The notes under the pieces are model-generated. The model was not told the origin of the DNA. It saw only the letters and a program-made list of their open reading frames with translations, and did no database searches. Position numbers and translations under genes: made by a program. A stretch of 64,000 nt of DNA from Eledone cirrhosa. Its lineage: Eukaryota. The DNA lies in the NCBI GenBank assembly GCA_964016885.1, contig OZ024745.1, forward strand, positions 33,108,001 to 33,172,000, in the 5' to 3' direction. Of this stretch, positions 25,571 through 36,460 are shown one piece after another (within the stretch, counting starts at the first letter, position 1; the number at the start of each line of letters is the position of its first letter).

Positions 25571-25630
<60 letters not shown>

Positions 25631-25654
25631 TGTATGTATGTATGTATGTATGTA

Positions 25655-25850
25655 TAGGAAAATGTTTAACCCCAACTGCAGAGCTCAAACCGTTTCGAGG
25701 GCTATTTCTTGGCCCAGAAATAGCCGTCGAAACGGCTTGAGCTCTGCCGTCGGGGTTAAACCTTTTCCTATCACCCACTCTACTACCCTAAGTATTGAGT
25801 ACTCTGGTGCGTTATGGTCCATCTGGTTCCTTACCACACTTCCTTCGCTA
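25655..25850 (+). repeat. Hairpin element with half-hammerhead (family E)
   Basis: ~55-bp arms centred on TGGCCC (~25712); the right arm has TAGCCGTC-GAAA-CGGC..GCCGTC-GGGG; an 80-nt tail follows; microsatellite flanks. Confidence 0.78.
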
Positions 25851-26038
25851 TATATATATATATATATATATATAATAAATGTAATCTGAGTTTTTCGAAT
25901 ATTAATAACATTCGATACGTTTGCAATTATGCAAACAAGCCTCAATTTTATAGAGATGTCAGTAGAATGGTGATACCCAGAAACATTATTGTCTGCAGTT
26001 CTGTTCACATGCCAACATAAGAGCAAGAATGAAGGGTT

Positions 26039-26503
26039 TGTGGTAAAATGATTTATCCTAGTTGGATTGTTTATCGACATAGACGTGAGGGAAGGTCCCT
26101 CGTCTATTTACCATTTTTTGTAAGTGAGAATTATAACAAGTGAGTGGGTGTGTGCATAAACAAGACAATAACCACAACGAGAGTTATATTCAACAAATGT
26201 AAATAATGGTGATGTTTATTCTGTTTATATGTGTTTATTATATTACAAATGAAACATACCAAATATATACGTGATTCAGTTGTTGTGATGGGAGCGTATT
26301 ACAATTACAAAGGTATTGTGGGGTTTGCTGTTTGCTGTTGCCGATGGCTGTTTATCGTTTCGTGGTACAGAGGCTGTTTTCTGTGGCGTGTATACCGTCT
26401 GCTTTCCCGTGGCTGTCTCTGTTTACCTCTGGTGTTCTCAACCAGGGGGAGACAACTAGGCTTGGTCCATTATCCGCTAGGGAGCGTGAGGCGTCTTACT
26501 ACA
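26039..26503 (-). repeat. 3' LTR of the Gypsy element
   Basis: TGTGGTAAAA...CTTACTACA; by eye it differs from the other LTR by 3 substitutions and a 1-nt indel. Confidence 0.95.
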
Positions 26504-26718
26504 GTATCACCTGCCAGATATTCAAATCATCGAAAATCGATGTTATTACTCACACGTGGAGTAAGATGGCGAACAATGCAACAAGGGGGAGCTATTCGCT
26601 CTACCAATCATTAAATCCAGAATAAGGATTTGAAAAATGTTAAAAAACACACCATGCATGCATAAAAAAACAAGGCAAAGAAAAAGCAGAAACACAGAGG
26701 CAAAAAAAAAAGGTGCAG

Positions 26719-29700
26719 CTAACATAGTCTAAATATAGACGGTGCTGCAAATTTTTTTGGGCCAGTGGACCCTACGACCTGAACGGGTCGTGGTCTTGTA
26801 ACGTGGCGATAGTGGTGGTGTAGGGACAGGCGATGATGGTGGTTCAGGAACAGGCGTTCGCTCAACAGGCAAATATGAAGGGGTTCGTGGATCAGGAACC
26901 ACAGCGTCCGTGTCAAGGTGTGCCTGCTTAAGCCTGTCTATTGTAACTGTCTCCCTGGAACCTTTAATATCTAAAGTGAAATGCTTAGCCGAGCGCGCTA
27001 AGACACGGTAAGTTCCGGTGTAAGGCTGTGTGAGCAGAATCTTTCCTTACAAAGACATGCGTCCACGAGGCAACATCCCTCGGGACAGCAGTCTTGACAG
27101 TTTGTTTCCTAGTATCCATTGGCGGCAAATCCTGGAAATAGGAGCGCAAACGGGACACGTAGGAAGCGTGATCTTGGGCATCAAGATCGATAGGGGCAAG
27201 CATTTGCCCGGGCAACGTCAGAGGGGCACCGTACAGTACTTCGGCCGGTGAAAATCCAAAGTCGACCTTCACCGTTGACCGAATCCCCAATAGCACAATA
27301 GGGAGGTACTCGCTCCAACGCGCCGAGTCCATTGAGGCCATTAAGGAGGCCTTCAGTTGTCGGTGAAAACGCTCCACCATACCATTCGAAGCGGGATGGT
27401 ACGTCGTAGTTCTGATGCGTTTAGCACCAATTAATTTTGACAGTTCGAGGAAAAGGCTCGACTCGAACTGTCGTCCACGGTCGGTAGTTGCTGTGGATGG
27501 AACTCCATAACGAGAGATCCATCCAGACACAAGAGCACGCGCTGTTGTCTCAGCGGTGATGTTTTTCAAGGGGATGGCTTCAGGCCATCTCGAAAAACGG
27601 TCAATTATGGTCAGCAGATAAGAATAACCATCGCTGACAGGCCAAGGTCCCACTATATCAATATGAATGCGCGAAAAACGCGCATCTGGGTTAGTAAAGG
27701 TACCCAGGGGAGCCTTGACGTGTCGATGGACCTTTGATTTCTGGCAAGCGACGCAGGAACGGCACCAAGCAGCAATTTCACGCCTCATATTTGGCCAGAA
27801 AAATCTAGCTGATATGAGCTTTGCTGTGGCAGAAGATCCTGGATGCGAGAAACCATGTAATGCCAGAAACACGGTCCGACGATGATTCTCTGGAACGAAG
27901 GGCCTAGGCACGTCCAAAGAGACGTCGCAGAGAATTTGGCCAACTGCAGTCGACAGAGACAAGTATTTCATCTCGCAATTCGCAAACTCGGGCGATGTAA
28001 CATCCAATGACTCAAGGGGAGGCTGATCCGCAGCCAAACGAGTCAGATCTATGTCAGAGGGTGACGAGATCGCTGTCACGGGTAAGCGGGACAAAGTGTC
28101 GGGCGCTGTATTTAGTGAACCCGGAATGTGTTGGATACCATTCGTATATTGCGAGATGAAATCAAGGTGTCTCGTCTCTCTGGGCGAGTATTTATCAGCC
28201 TTCGTTTTCAACGCAAAAGTCAATGGTTTATGGTCAGTGAGAATAGTAAATAGTCTACCCTCTAGTATATGTGAAAAATGTTTCACGGCCAAATAGATGG
28301 CTAAAAGCTCTCTTCCAAAGGTGCTGTAACGCGTCTCAGCAGGTTTCAGCTTTCTGGAAAAGAACTCCAGCGGTTGCTGGTAACCATTGGTGTTTTGCTG
28401 TAGCACTGCGCCCACAGCGATATCCGATGCATCAACACAAAGCGTTAGCTTTGCACCGGGTACCGGGTGAGCCAGTAAAGAGGCATTAGCCAAAGCAGTT
28501 TTGGCGTGCTGAAAATCAGCAAGTTGAGTGTCTGTCAAAGAAATGTCTTTGTTCTTCTTCCGACAATTTTTAAAAATCTCCGTCAGGGAGAAAAGCAATC
28601 TTGCACAATTTGGCACGAAACGCCTATAAAAGTTAATCAGGCCTAAGAACTGGCGTAACTGACGTAGTGAGGTCGGTGGAGGCAAATCCTCTATGACCTT
28701 AACTCGCTCAGGCCGGAGTCGAATACCGTCAGCATCGATGACGTGACCCAAGAAAGTCAGTGACTTAACACCAAAAACACATTTGGGTGCATTAATCTGC
28801 ACGTTATACGCCTTCAATCGGCGGAAAAGAAGATTCAAATGGTGCGTATGTTGCTCTTGAGAATAACTAGCAATGAGCAGGTCGTCAATATAGGTATAGA
28901 CGAAATCGAGGCCACGAGTAACCTCATCCATAAACCGCTGAAACGTACTAGCGGCATTCCTTAATCCGAACGGCATGGTCAAAAACTCAAATGACCCAAA
29001 TGGCGTAACTATAGCCGTTTTTATGGACAGGAATTTGATGGTACGCACGAATTAAATCCAGTTTGGAGAATATCTTGCATCCCTGCAACGAAGACGCAAA
29101 GTCTTGCAGATGAGGGATAGGATAACGGTCCGGTTCCGTTATCGAATTTAAGCGTCGATAATCTCCAGTAGGTCTCCAATCGCCAGTCGCTTTCGGTACC
29201 ATGTGTAATGGGGACGCCCACGGGCTCGTGGACGGACGAATAATCCCCAACTGCAGCATATGATCAAACTCTGATCGTGCTGCTTTGAGTTTGTCCGGAG
29301 GTAAGCGACGAGAACGAGAAAAAACGGGAGCAACAGTTGTAGATATGAAGTGCTCCGTGGTATGAGTTGGCTCATAAACTCGAAAATTTCCCTGAGTCAG
29401 TTGCGGGAACGAGTTCAACAATGCATGGTAAGTATCACCGGTGTTAGCAAGAAAAAAGGTCGGGCTAACCGTTGGAACTCCTGCTGCCTTGCCAACAACA
29501 GAAAAACTAGTGATGTCATCAATTAGGCTTTTACGACGGAGGTCCACCGTCAATGAAAAATGGTGGAGAAAATCCGCGCCTAGAATCGGATGCGGCAAGG
29601 CAGTGACAGTAAAAATCCATTTAAACTCACGCCGCAGATTACGGAACTGCAAAGGTAGCGAGATTTGTCCGAAGGTTCGAATCGGCGAACAATTTACTGC

Positions 29701-29886
29701 CTGCAACTCAATAGGTGACTCAGGGGGAGTCTCCTTCATACAACACACAGGCCATATTGAACAAGCTGCACCTGTGTCAACCAGAAAGGCTCTACCTGAT
29801 AGCAGGTCCTCAATGAAAAAGTGGCGGTTGGATGATGTTTCGCAGAGCGCACTATCCGCCGTTAGTGACTCTGGTCGTCGTTTCCC
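26719..29886 (-). pseudogene. Gypsy pol (protease, RT, RNase H, integrase), frameshifted
   Basis: [37 protein letters not shown] and DDE integrase motifs (HIDIVG, TDRG, MVERFH). Frame breaks at ~29020 ([12 protein letters not shown], short deletion) and ~27000. Confidence 0.93.
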
Positions 29887-30636
29887 ATGTAAGCACAAGG
29901 AGGCCTACAACGGGCGGCTTTGTCACCATATTTGTCATGGTAATAACAATATGGTGGTTTTGATGTTTTGGAAGGGCTACGGTGGCGAGGAGTTGAATAA
30001 GTTCGTGAGCGGCTCCTCTGCCGTCCAAAAGACCTGAATTCCTGGCACAACTCCGCCATTTGACGAGTCATGGCTTCCATTGTTTTGACTAATTTCTCAT
30101 CACTCGTTGATGAGCGTGATTGAGGAAGAGAAGAGGAAGCAACGTACTTTGGCTTCGAAGTGTCTCTCTTCGTCACTTCTACTATTTTGTCAGCAGAGAC
30201 AGCAATGTGGTCGAGGGTATTTACTTCTAGCATATGGGCTAGGATCGCCTGTACCTTTTGAGGTAGGCGAGAGAAGAACAATTGCTTCAGGAAAGGGCTA
30301 TCCTGATCTTGGGAATCACTCAAATTCCGCAAATGCCGGAGAAAAGCGGTAGGGGTTCTGTCACCTAGTCGTTCGTCCTCGATCAATGACCGAAAACGAC
30401 TCTCTACCGACTTACAGTTCCTTCTCAAGATCTCGCCTTTTAAAGACTCATACGTTAAGTCAGAGGGGGTCTGTAATTAGGTCTTGGACCGAATCTGCTA
30501 AATTAGGGGGAAGTCCGCTAATCAAGACAGCGAGGCGCTGGTCAGACTCGGTCTTACAGACCGTAAAATACGCCTGTAGCTGGGCGAACCACAGCTTAGG
30601 GTTTCCGGTAAAGGCGGGCAAATGTGGCGCATTCAT
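29862..30636 (-). pseudogene. Gypsy gag, frameshifted near 30430-30460
   Basis: MNAPHLPAFTGNPKLWFAQLQAYF..., [31 protein letters not shown] (CX2HX9CX3C). Confidence 0.9.
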
Positions 30637-31288
30637 TGTGAATCGTTTAAAATAAAAAAAAAATATATATATAAACAGCAATTAATGTTCCCTCGTACAG
30701 GGAAAAGCAAACACCCAAAATGGAAAAAAAATGAAAGGTCAAAAAGAAACAGACATTCAAAACATTAGGAAATAGGAAAAATACATAAAATACATATATA
30801 TATTAAAAAAAAGAAAAATTTTCCTTCAACGTCTATCCCTTGTGTTGCTTCAACGGGCCAGCCAAATCAAATAACCCGTGAAAAAGAGAAAAAAAAAAAA
30901 TGTTTGTTTTAGGGTATATCTACGTTGGATATCAACAATAGGTAGCCTGTGGCTAAAAATCCCTTAGAAAAAAAGTAAGGCATGTATATCCCCTACGGGG
31001 CAGTAATGTTCACAAAAAAGTTTTTTTCCCTTGATCAAATATGGAACACACGCAATTCAAAATGTCCCTGTCCTGGCGGAAAATTACAAAACGGGGAAGG
31101 AAAGCAATGCCATCTTGGAAACATTTTTTGGCTGGTTTGTATACCTTGTCAATACGGTATAAACACTTTATTATTTCTCTGTCTTTTTTTTGTATTTTCG
31201 TAAGTTGCGAAAGGGTTGGCAACGTGGTAATAACAGTGAAGTTCAACTGAATAAAAAGGCTGCGTAAAATTCTTACGTCGGTCACCAG

Positions 31289-31752
31289 TGTGGTAAAAGG
31301 ATTTATCCTAGTTGGATTGTTTATCGACATAGACGTGAGGGAAGGTCCCTCGTCTATTTACCATTTTTGTAAGTGAGAATTATAACAAGTGAGTGGGTGT
31401 GTGCATAAACAAGACAATAACCACAACGAGAGTTATATTCAACAAATGTAAATAATGGTGATGTTTATTCTGTTTATATGTGTTTATTATATTACAAATG
31501 AAACATACCAAATATATACGTGATTCAGTTGTTGTGATGGGAGCGTATTACAATTACAAAGGTATTGTGGGGTTTGCTGTTTGCTGTTGCCGATGGCTGT
31601 TTATCGTTTCGTGGTACAGAGGCTGTTTTCTGTGGCGTGTATACCGTCTGCTTTCCCGTGGCTGTCTCTGTTTACCTCTGGTGTTCTCAACCAGGGGGAG
31701 ACAACTAGGCTCGGTCCATTATCCGCTAGGGGGCGTGAGGCGTCTTACTACA
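31289..31752 (-). repeat. 5' LTR of the Gypsy element
   Basis: Near-identical to 26039-26503; PBS immediately internal at ~31273-31287. Confidence 0.95.
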
Positions 31753-31949
31753 GGTTCATTCTACTGACATGGCTATAAAATTGAGGCTTGTTTGCATAAT
31801 TGCAAACGAATCGAATGTTATTATTAATATTCGAAAAACTCAGATTACATTCATTGTATTCATCCATGTAGAGCGAAAAAAAAAAAATTTCTTTTTTATT
31901 TGAATTTGGCAAAGCCGGCTATTTATCGCTCGTATACAGGAAACTGACT

Positions 31950-32050
31950 GGCCAGTCTGCTGATATGCAAATCTGGCTGATCAGTGGATCTGCTAATATG
32001 CAGATCTGACTGCTCAGCCAGTCTGCTAATATGCAAATCAGGCCGATCAG
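31950..32050 (+). promoter_or_regulatory. 3x 33-nt repeat, each unit carrying an octamer motif
   Basis: ATGCAAAT at 31965 and 32031, ATGCAGAT at 31998; ~85 nt upstream of the hammerhead core. Confidence 0.5.
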
Positions 32051-32099
32051 TCACTGTGTATTTTTGAAAATAACATATATTTTCACTAACTCTGACAGT

Positions 32100-32178
32100 T
32101 TGGCAGGTGAACAGTGAGCTGTACTGATGAAGGCTGATATCCAGAAACAGTAGTGTCTGCAGTTCTGTTCACATGCCA
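32100..32178 (+). ncRNA. Type I hammerhead ribozyme with extended stem I (family A)
   Basis: CTGATGA (32124)-AGG CTGATAT CCA-GAAAC-AGTAGT-GTC (site after 32157); stem I TTGGCA.GTGAACAG.TGAG.CTGTA pairs with TGCAG.TT.CTGTTCAC.TGCCAA. Confidence 0.85.
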
Positions 32179-32562
32179 ACACATGAGCAAAAATGAAGGG
32201 TTCATTCTACTGACATGGCTATAAAATTGAGGCTTGTTTGCATATTGCAAACGAATCGAATGTTATTATTAATATTCCAAAAACTCAGATTACATTTATT
32301 GTATTCAGCCATGTAGAGCGAAAAAAAAGTTTTATTTTATATATATATAAATGGAAAAAATGAAATGTCATTTCTCACTCTTAGTACGGCTGATACTTAA
32401 ATGTATGTATACGTACATACATATATGTATACAGACGTACAGTACAATGTATATACATACATACATGCACACATACATATATGTACGTATGGGTTTACCG
32501 AACATTTATTATAATGGAAAGTATATACTTTCAAACGTTCAATCAACTGACAAGAAGGTATA

Positions 32563-32603
32563 CGGTGCTGATGACAGCTAATAAGCTAGAAACTAGTTCA
32601 TCG
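32563..32603 (+). ncRNA. Type I hammerhead ribozyme (family B, second copy)
   Basis: CGGTG-CTGATGA-CAGCT AATA AGCTA-GAAAC-TAGTT-CATCG; lies in the inverted half of the 32347-32720 copy. Confidence 0.8.
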
Positions 32604-32816
32604 TTCCTCTGTCAGTGTTGAACAAATAGGGCAGTGATGGTTGCCGAACACTGTACGGCTAATAATTCGGGCTTTTGTTTACAAACAAACCGAGCATTAT
32701 AATAAATGTTCAGTAAACGTACATATATGTGTGCATACATACGTACATATATGTATGTGTGCATGTATGTATATACATACTACTATACATATATGTATGT
32801 ACGTATACATACTTAC

Positions 32817-32878
<62 letters not shown>

Positions 32879-32894
32879 TGTATATATATATACA

Positions 32895-33163
32895 ATGATA
32901 TTAAATAAATGGAAACTATATTTATAAAACCATATATATTCTATTATATATATTTCAAGAGTACCAACAATTTTGGTATGCTATCATCAGATAAAATACA
33001 AATACCCTTAAAATATATATAATAGAATAAATATGGTTTTATAAATATAGTTTCCATTTATTTAATATCATTGAATACTTACCCCAGAAACTTGTCGAGT
33101 GCTCTGAATCAGTTATAAACATCTATATTTGTTGGATTTCCAATAAATTAAATATCTCTTCTA
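32895..33163. repeat. Family F repeat, inverted pair
   Basis: ATGATATTAAATAAATGGAAACTATATTTATAAAACC ... GGTTTTATAAATATAGTTTCCATTTATTTAATATCAT; the distal part is the reverse complement of 22720-22860. Confidence 0.78.
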
Positions 33164-33164
33164 C

Positions 33165-33244
<80 letters not shown>

Positions 33245-33584
33245 ATATATATATATATATATACATACATATGTGTATGTGCGTGTGTGTATTCATGCAT
33301 ATACATGTTAATATAAATAGTGATTGTATTTTTGAGGTTTTATCAAGAAAATAAAATTAAAATAGCGAAGTTTTTTAGTTTTGGTCAGCTCTTCCGATAT
33401 AGAATCAGTAGTAAAACCAAGAAACCATTCCTTTTATTCTGGTTTAAGCTCTCATGATAAAAAGAAAACATTAAAGTTGTTAAAAAAAAACAATTTGCTT
33501 TATTTAGATAAGAAACAAAACAAAAAGTAACTTATTAAAAATTGAAAGTAACAAATGAAAAAGAAAAAAGGAACCATTGATAGA

Positions 33585-34290
33585 CAACACCGGAAGCTAT
33601 GTTATTAGTCTGCTGTTGACGTTCATACGAAAGTGAAACTAGGAATCTCTAAACGGTGTAATTTTATCCAAATGAAACTGATCTACAGAGCATCACCCCC
33701 AAAACAGATTCCATGCTTAGTGGACGTGAGTTTTATTATTATTATTTTTTAATAATGAGTAAATATAAAGATATATTGAAGTAATTAATAGTTATTATTT
33801 CTGATGTATGTACTTGTAAAATGGAACTAATTAAAATATTACAAAACAAAACGGGGCAACAAAATATAACTAAACCGGCAATTTATGGCAATATTTCACA
33901 TAATTTTTTGATATTCTTTGTAGTATATAACTATTCTGTTACCATCTTTGCTTTTACTATAATTACTGCCACCTTAACGATCACTGTCACCATCATCATC
34001 ATTGTTGTCCTTATTCCCCTCTTTCTCCACTATCACATCAGTATTATCATCTTCACTCCATCTTAATCATCTTAATCATCACCATCATCATCACTGTCAT
34101 CACCAGCATCACCATCATCATCATCACTATCATTATTATTTTCATCCCTGTTATCGTAATCGTCGTTGTTGTAATTTTAATGAGAATAGTGTGATTGCAG
34201 TTGGTGCTAGTTTAAAGATGTTTTCTTGAGACGCATTTCAATAAATAAAAGCAAAAACGCTTTTGAACTTGTTCATCGTTCTTGGTGGAG
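33585..34290 (+). promoter_or_regulatory. TMEM181: Putative distal TMEM181 promoter and two non-coding 5' exons (~33600-33725, 34201-34290)
   Basis: ETS-like CCGGAAG at ~33590, GAC|GTGAGT donor, TGCAG acceptor and GAG|GTAAGT donor. The 90-nt exon has stops in all frames. The 36957 exon has an acceptor and so needs an upstream exon. Confidence 0.5.
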
Positions 34291-35449
34291 GTAAGTACTT
34301 CTTTTATGCACATGGACACCATTACAAAAACTGATCTTTCCTTAAATCCGACCCTTGCTGCAGTATTTGACCCGTATCTCGTCATCACGACCCAGTCTCT
34401 CCATAATGAATGAACGCACGCACGCATACGCACACACACACACACATATACATACATAAACACATACACACTCGCAAACACACACACACAAACACACATA
34501 CATATATATTTATATAATGAAACTGCTCCCGGCAACTCAACTGCGACTCCCTGCAAGTCTCCATATTTTTTTCTCCATAGGCATGAACTTTACGAAATTC
34601 AGGGCGAACATAAATTATATTGAGGACCTGGAAAGTTATTGGTATTGTTTTCTTTCCCTGGACCAAACTATGAAATTATAAAAATAAAAGAAGTCATTGA
34701 CCATATGGCTTGAACGCGAGAAAAATAGTTTTTGTTACGTTTTTTTTTAAAATCTATGTAAATTCATTTTCTTTATTACGGTTCACATATGTTACCAATA
34801 TTTTAAATCTCAAGTCTATTAAATCAAGTATAGAGCAGTATTACATTTTAATAGACAGAATTTTTAGTTGCTAGTAATTTCAACATAGACGATCGTATCT
34901 TAGGGTGACGCGAACATAAAGGAAATATAATTGTTTCTACATTTGGCACAAGGCCAGCAATTATCCCAGTGTATTACTGCGTTCTATACACATTTCCTTT
35001 CTTCTCTAGTTACTTTCTTACTACAAATATATTTGCTTCTCTGAGTGTACTAGCATGTTATTGTCAATCAATCCTTCTTACTTTATTTTATGTAAGCAAT
35101 ATAAACAAACTTTGAAAGTAGGGGGTGAATTTTTTTTAATGAAGTGAAAGTGTATCGGTATTTTTGCATAACTACGGAATAGTCATTCGTCATATAATAT
35201 ACAGGCTAGGCCCAGAGCCCGTCACCCCCTCTCATTCTTCTGTGATCCCAGAGCCCTTGCCTTACCCTTTCCGTTTCCGATTTCAAAATTGCCTTGAATT
35301 TTTCGAGAACTACAAGCAGTATCTTTCATTAGAAATGTGGTAATGAAAGGGTTAAAGTAATTTATTAACACATCAAAAGAACATTACATTACAGCATTAA
35401 GATTTTGTTATATTTATTTCTGGGGATCAGATATTATGAATTGCACATT

Positions 35450-35646
35450 CGGGGGTCGACTGAAAAGTTCATAGGCTGACTATGTAGGAGTGATGCTAGA
35501 GCTGTGGAATCTTGCATGCCTTAATTCCATCTTCTTGTTAATAACTACATTGTTTCTTTCCAGGGACTATATTGAAAAATAAACCTCATTTGGTCATTTC
35601 ATGAGAGTATCTGGTCAGCCTATGAACTTTTCAGCTGACCCTTGTA
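35450..35646. mobile_element. Mariner-derived MITE
   Basis: ~30-bp TIRs GGGTCGACTGAAAAGTTCATAGGCTGAC / GTCAGCCTATGAACTTTTCAGCTGACCC; second copy at 55523-55730 in opposite orientation. Confidence 0.8.
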
Positions 35647-35907
35647 TATGACCATATATACGCATCTTCCTTGCATCAATATATTCCATTTTCACCCTTT
35701 CCATTCTATTTCTTTCACAGAGGCTTTTTGTCAATTTTTTTATTTCATTTTATATATATCTTGTATTAGTTGTAATTCATTTTTTTATTTGTTAAATAGC
35801 AGTTTCAGTTTATTTAGACGATTTAAGACGAACCTGAAAACTACATCCGTGTTTGTATTTATTTATACTAATATAAATACAAACACAATATATATAAACA
35901 CAATATA

Positions 35908-36460
35908 GTACTTCCCTGACATTTGTGTATTATTATATGTACTATACATACACCTTTGACGAGTTGTAGTGCACCTGAGCACTTTACACAATAATTTCAT
36001 TATTATTATATTATATATATATATATAATCATCATTTAACGTCCATTTTTCGCGATAGCATGGGTTAGACGGGTTGTCATATAATGACACAAGTCAGGTC
36101 AGGTGACCATGTCTTGCACATATGGACCTGTATTTTGGCTTCATTTCTAATAATGAAAATTATTGTGTACAGTGCTCAGGTGCACTACAACTCATCAAAG
36201 GTGCATGTATAGTACATAGAATAATGTACAAATGCCAGGATAGTTAACAGTGTATGAGTCATGATATACATACAGACACATGTGTGCGTGTGTATGGAGG
36301 GGAAATATCAGGTGTGATGTTGACGGATTTTGGGAAGCATGGACAAAATGCATGGTGGTACACTTGTCCACAGCCAGCTTGAGTTGCCAGTCCATAATCC
36401 ATTGTTGCATTGTGTCCAGGTCTGATTGCAGGAAAGATCTATAGTGTACAGGATCTGTAA
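35908..36460. mobile_element. Two CR1 3'-end fragments in tail-to-tail orientation
   Basis: 35908-36010 (+) and 36147-36460 (-) match the 3' UTR/ORF2 end of the 47.2-51.3 kb LINE (GTGCTCAGGTGCACTACAACTC; QQWIMDWQLKLAVDKCTTMHF). Confidence 0.85.

Larger units (their letters stand above)
26039..31752 (-). mobile_element. Full-length Ty3/Gypsy LTR retrotransposon, CsRn1/Kabuki-like lineage
   Basis: Two ~465-bp TG..CA LTRs, 4-bp TSD GGTT (26035-38 and 31753-56), PBS TGGTGACCGACGT (tRNA-Trp-like), CHCC Gag knuckle, PR-RT-RH-IN order. Confidence 0.96.
25876..32330 (+). mobile_element. ORF-less hammerhead element (family A): inverted piece plus ~446-nt tandem unit, interrupted by the Gypsy insertion
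   Basis: 25876-25968 is the reverse complement of 31757-31855. 25969-26038 plus 31757-31885 is directly repeated at 32135-32330. The uninterrupted site GAAGGGTTCATTC is visible at ~32196. Confidence 0.75.

Noticed and set aside
26231-26625. 127-aa and 97-aa ORFs duplicated at 31480-31778 (possible env or accessory gene)
   Set aside because: They lie within the LTRs on the antisense strand, have no recognisable motifs, and diverge at the LTR boundary.
29441-30352. Plus-strand 198-aa and 81-aa ORFs (and similar ones opposite the CR1 ORF2)
   Set aside because: Antisense shadows of retroelement coding sequence.
33990-34229. Poly-His and hydrophobic ORFs
   Set aside because: (CAT)n/(CAC)n low-complexity tract inside a putative intron.
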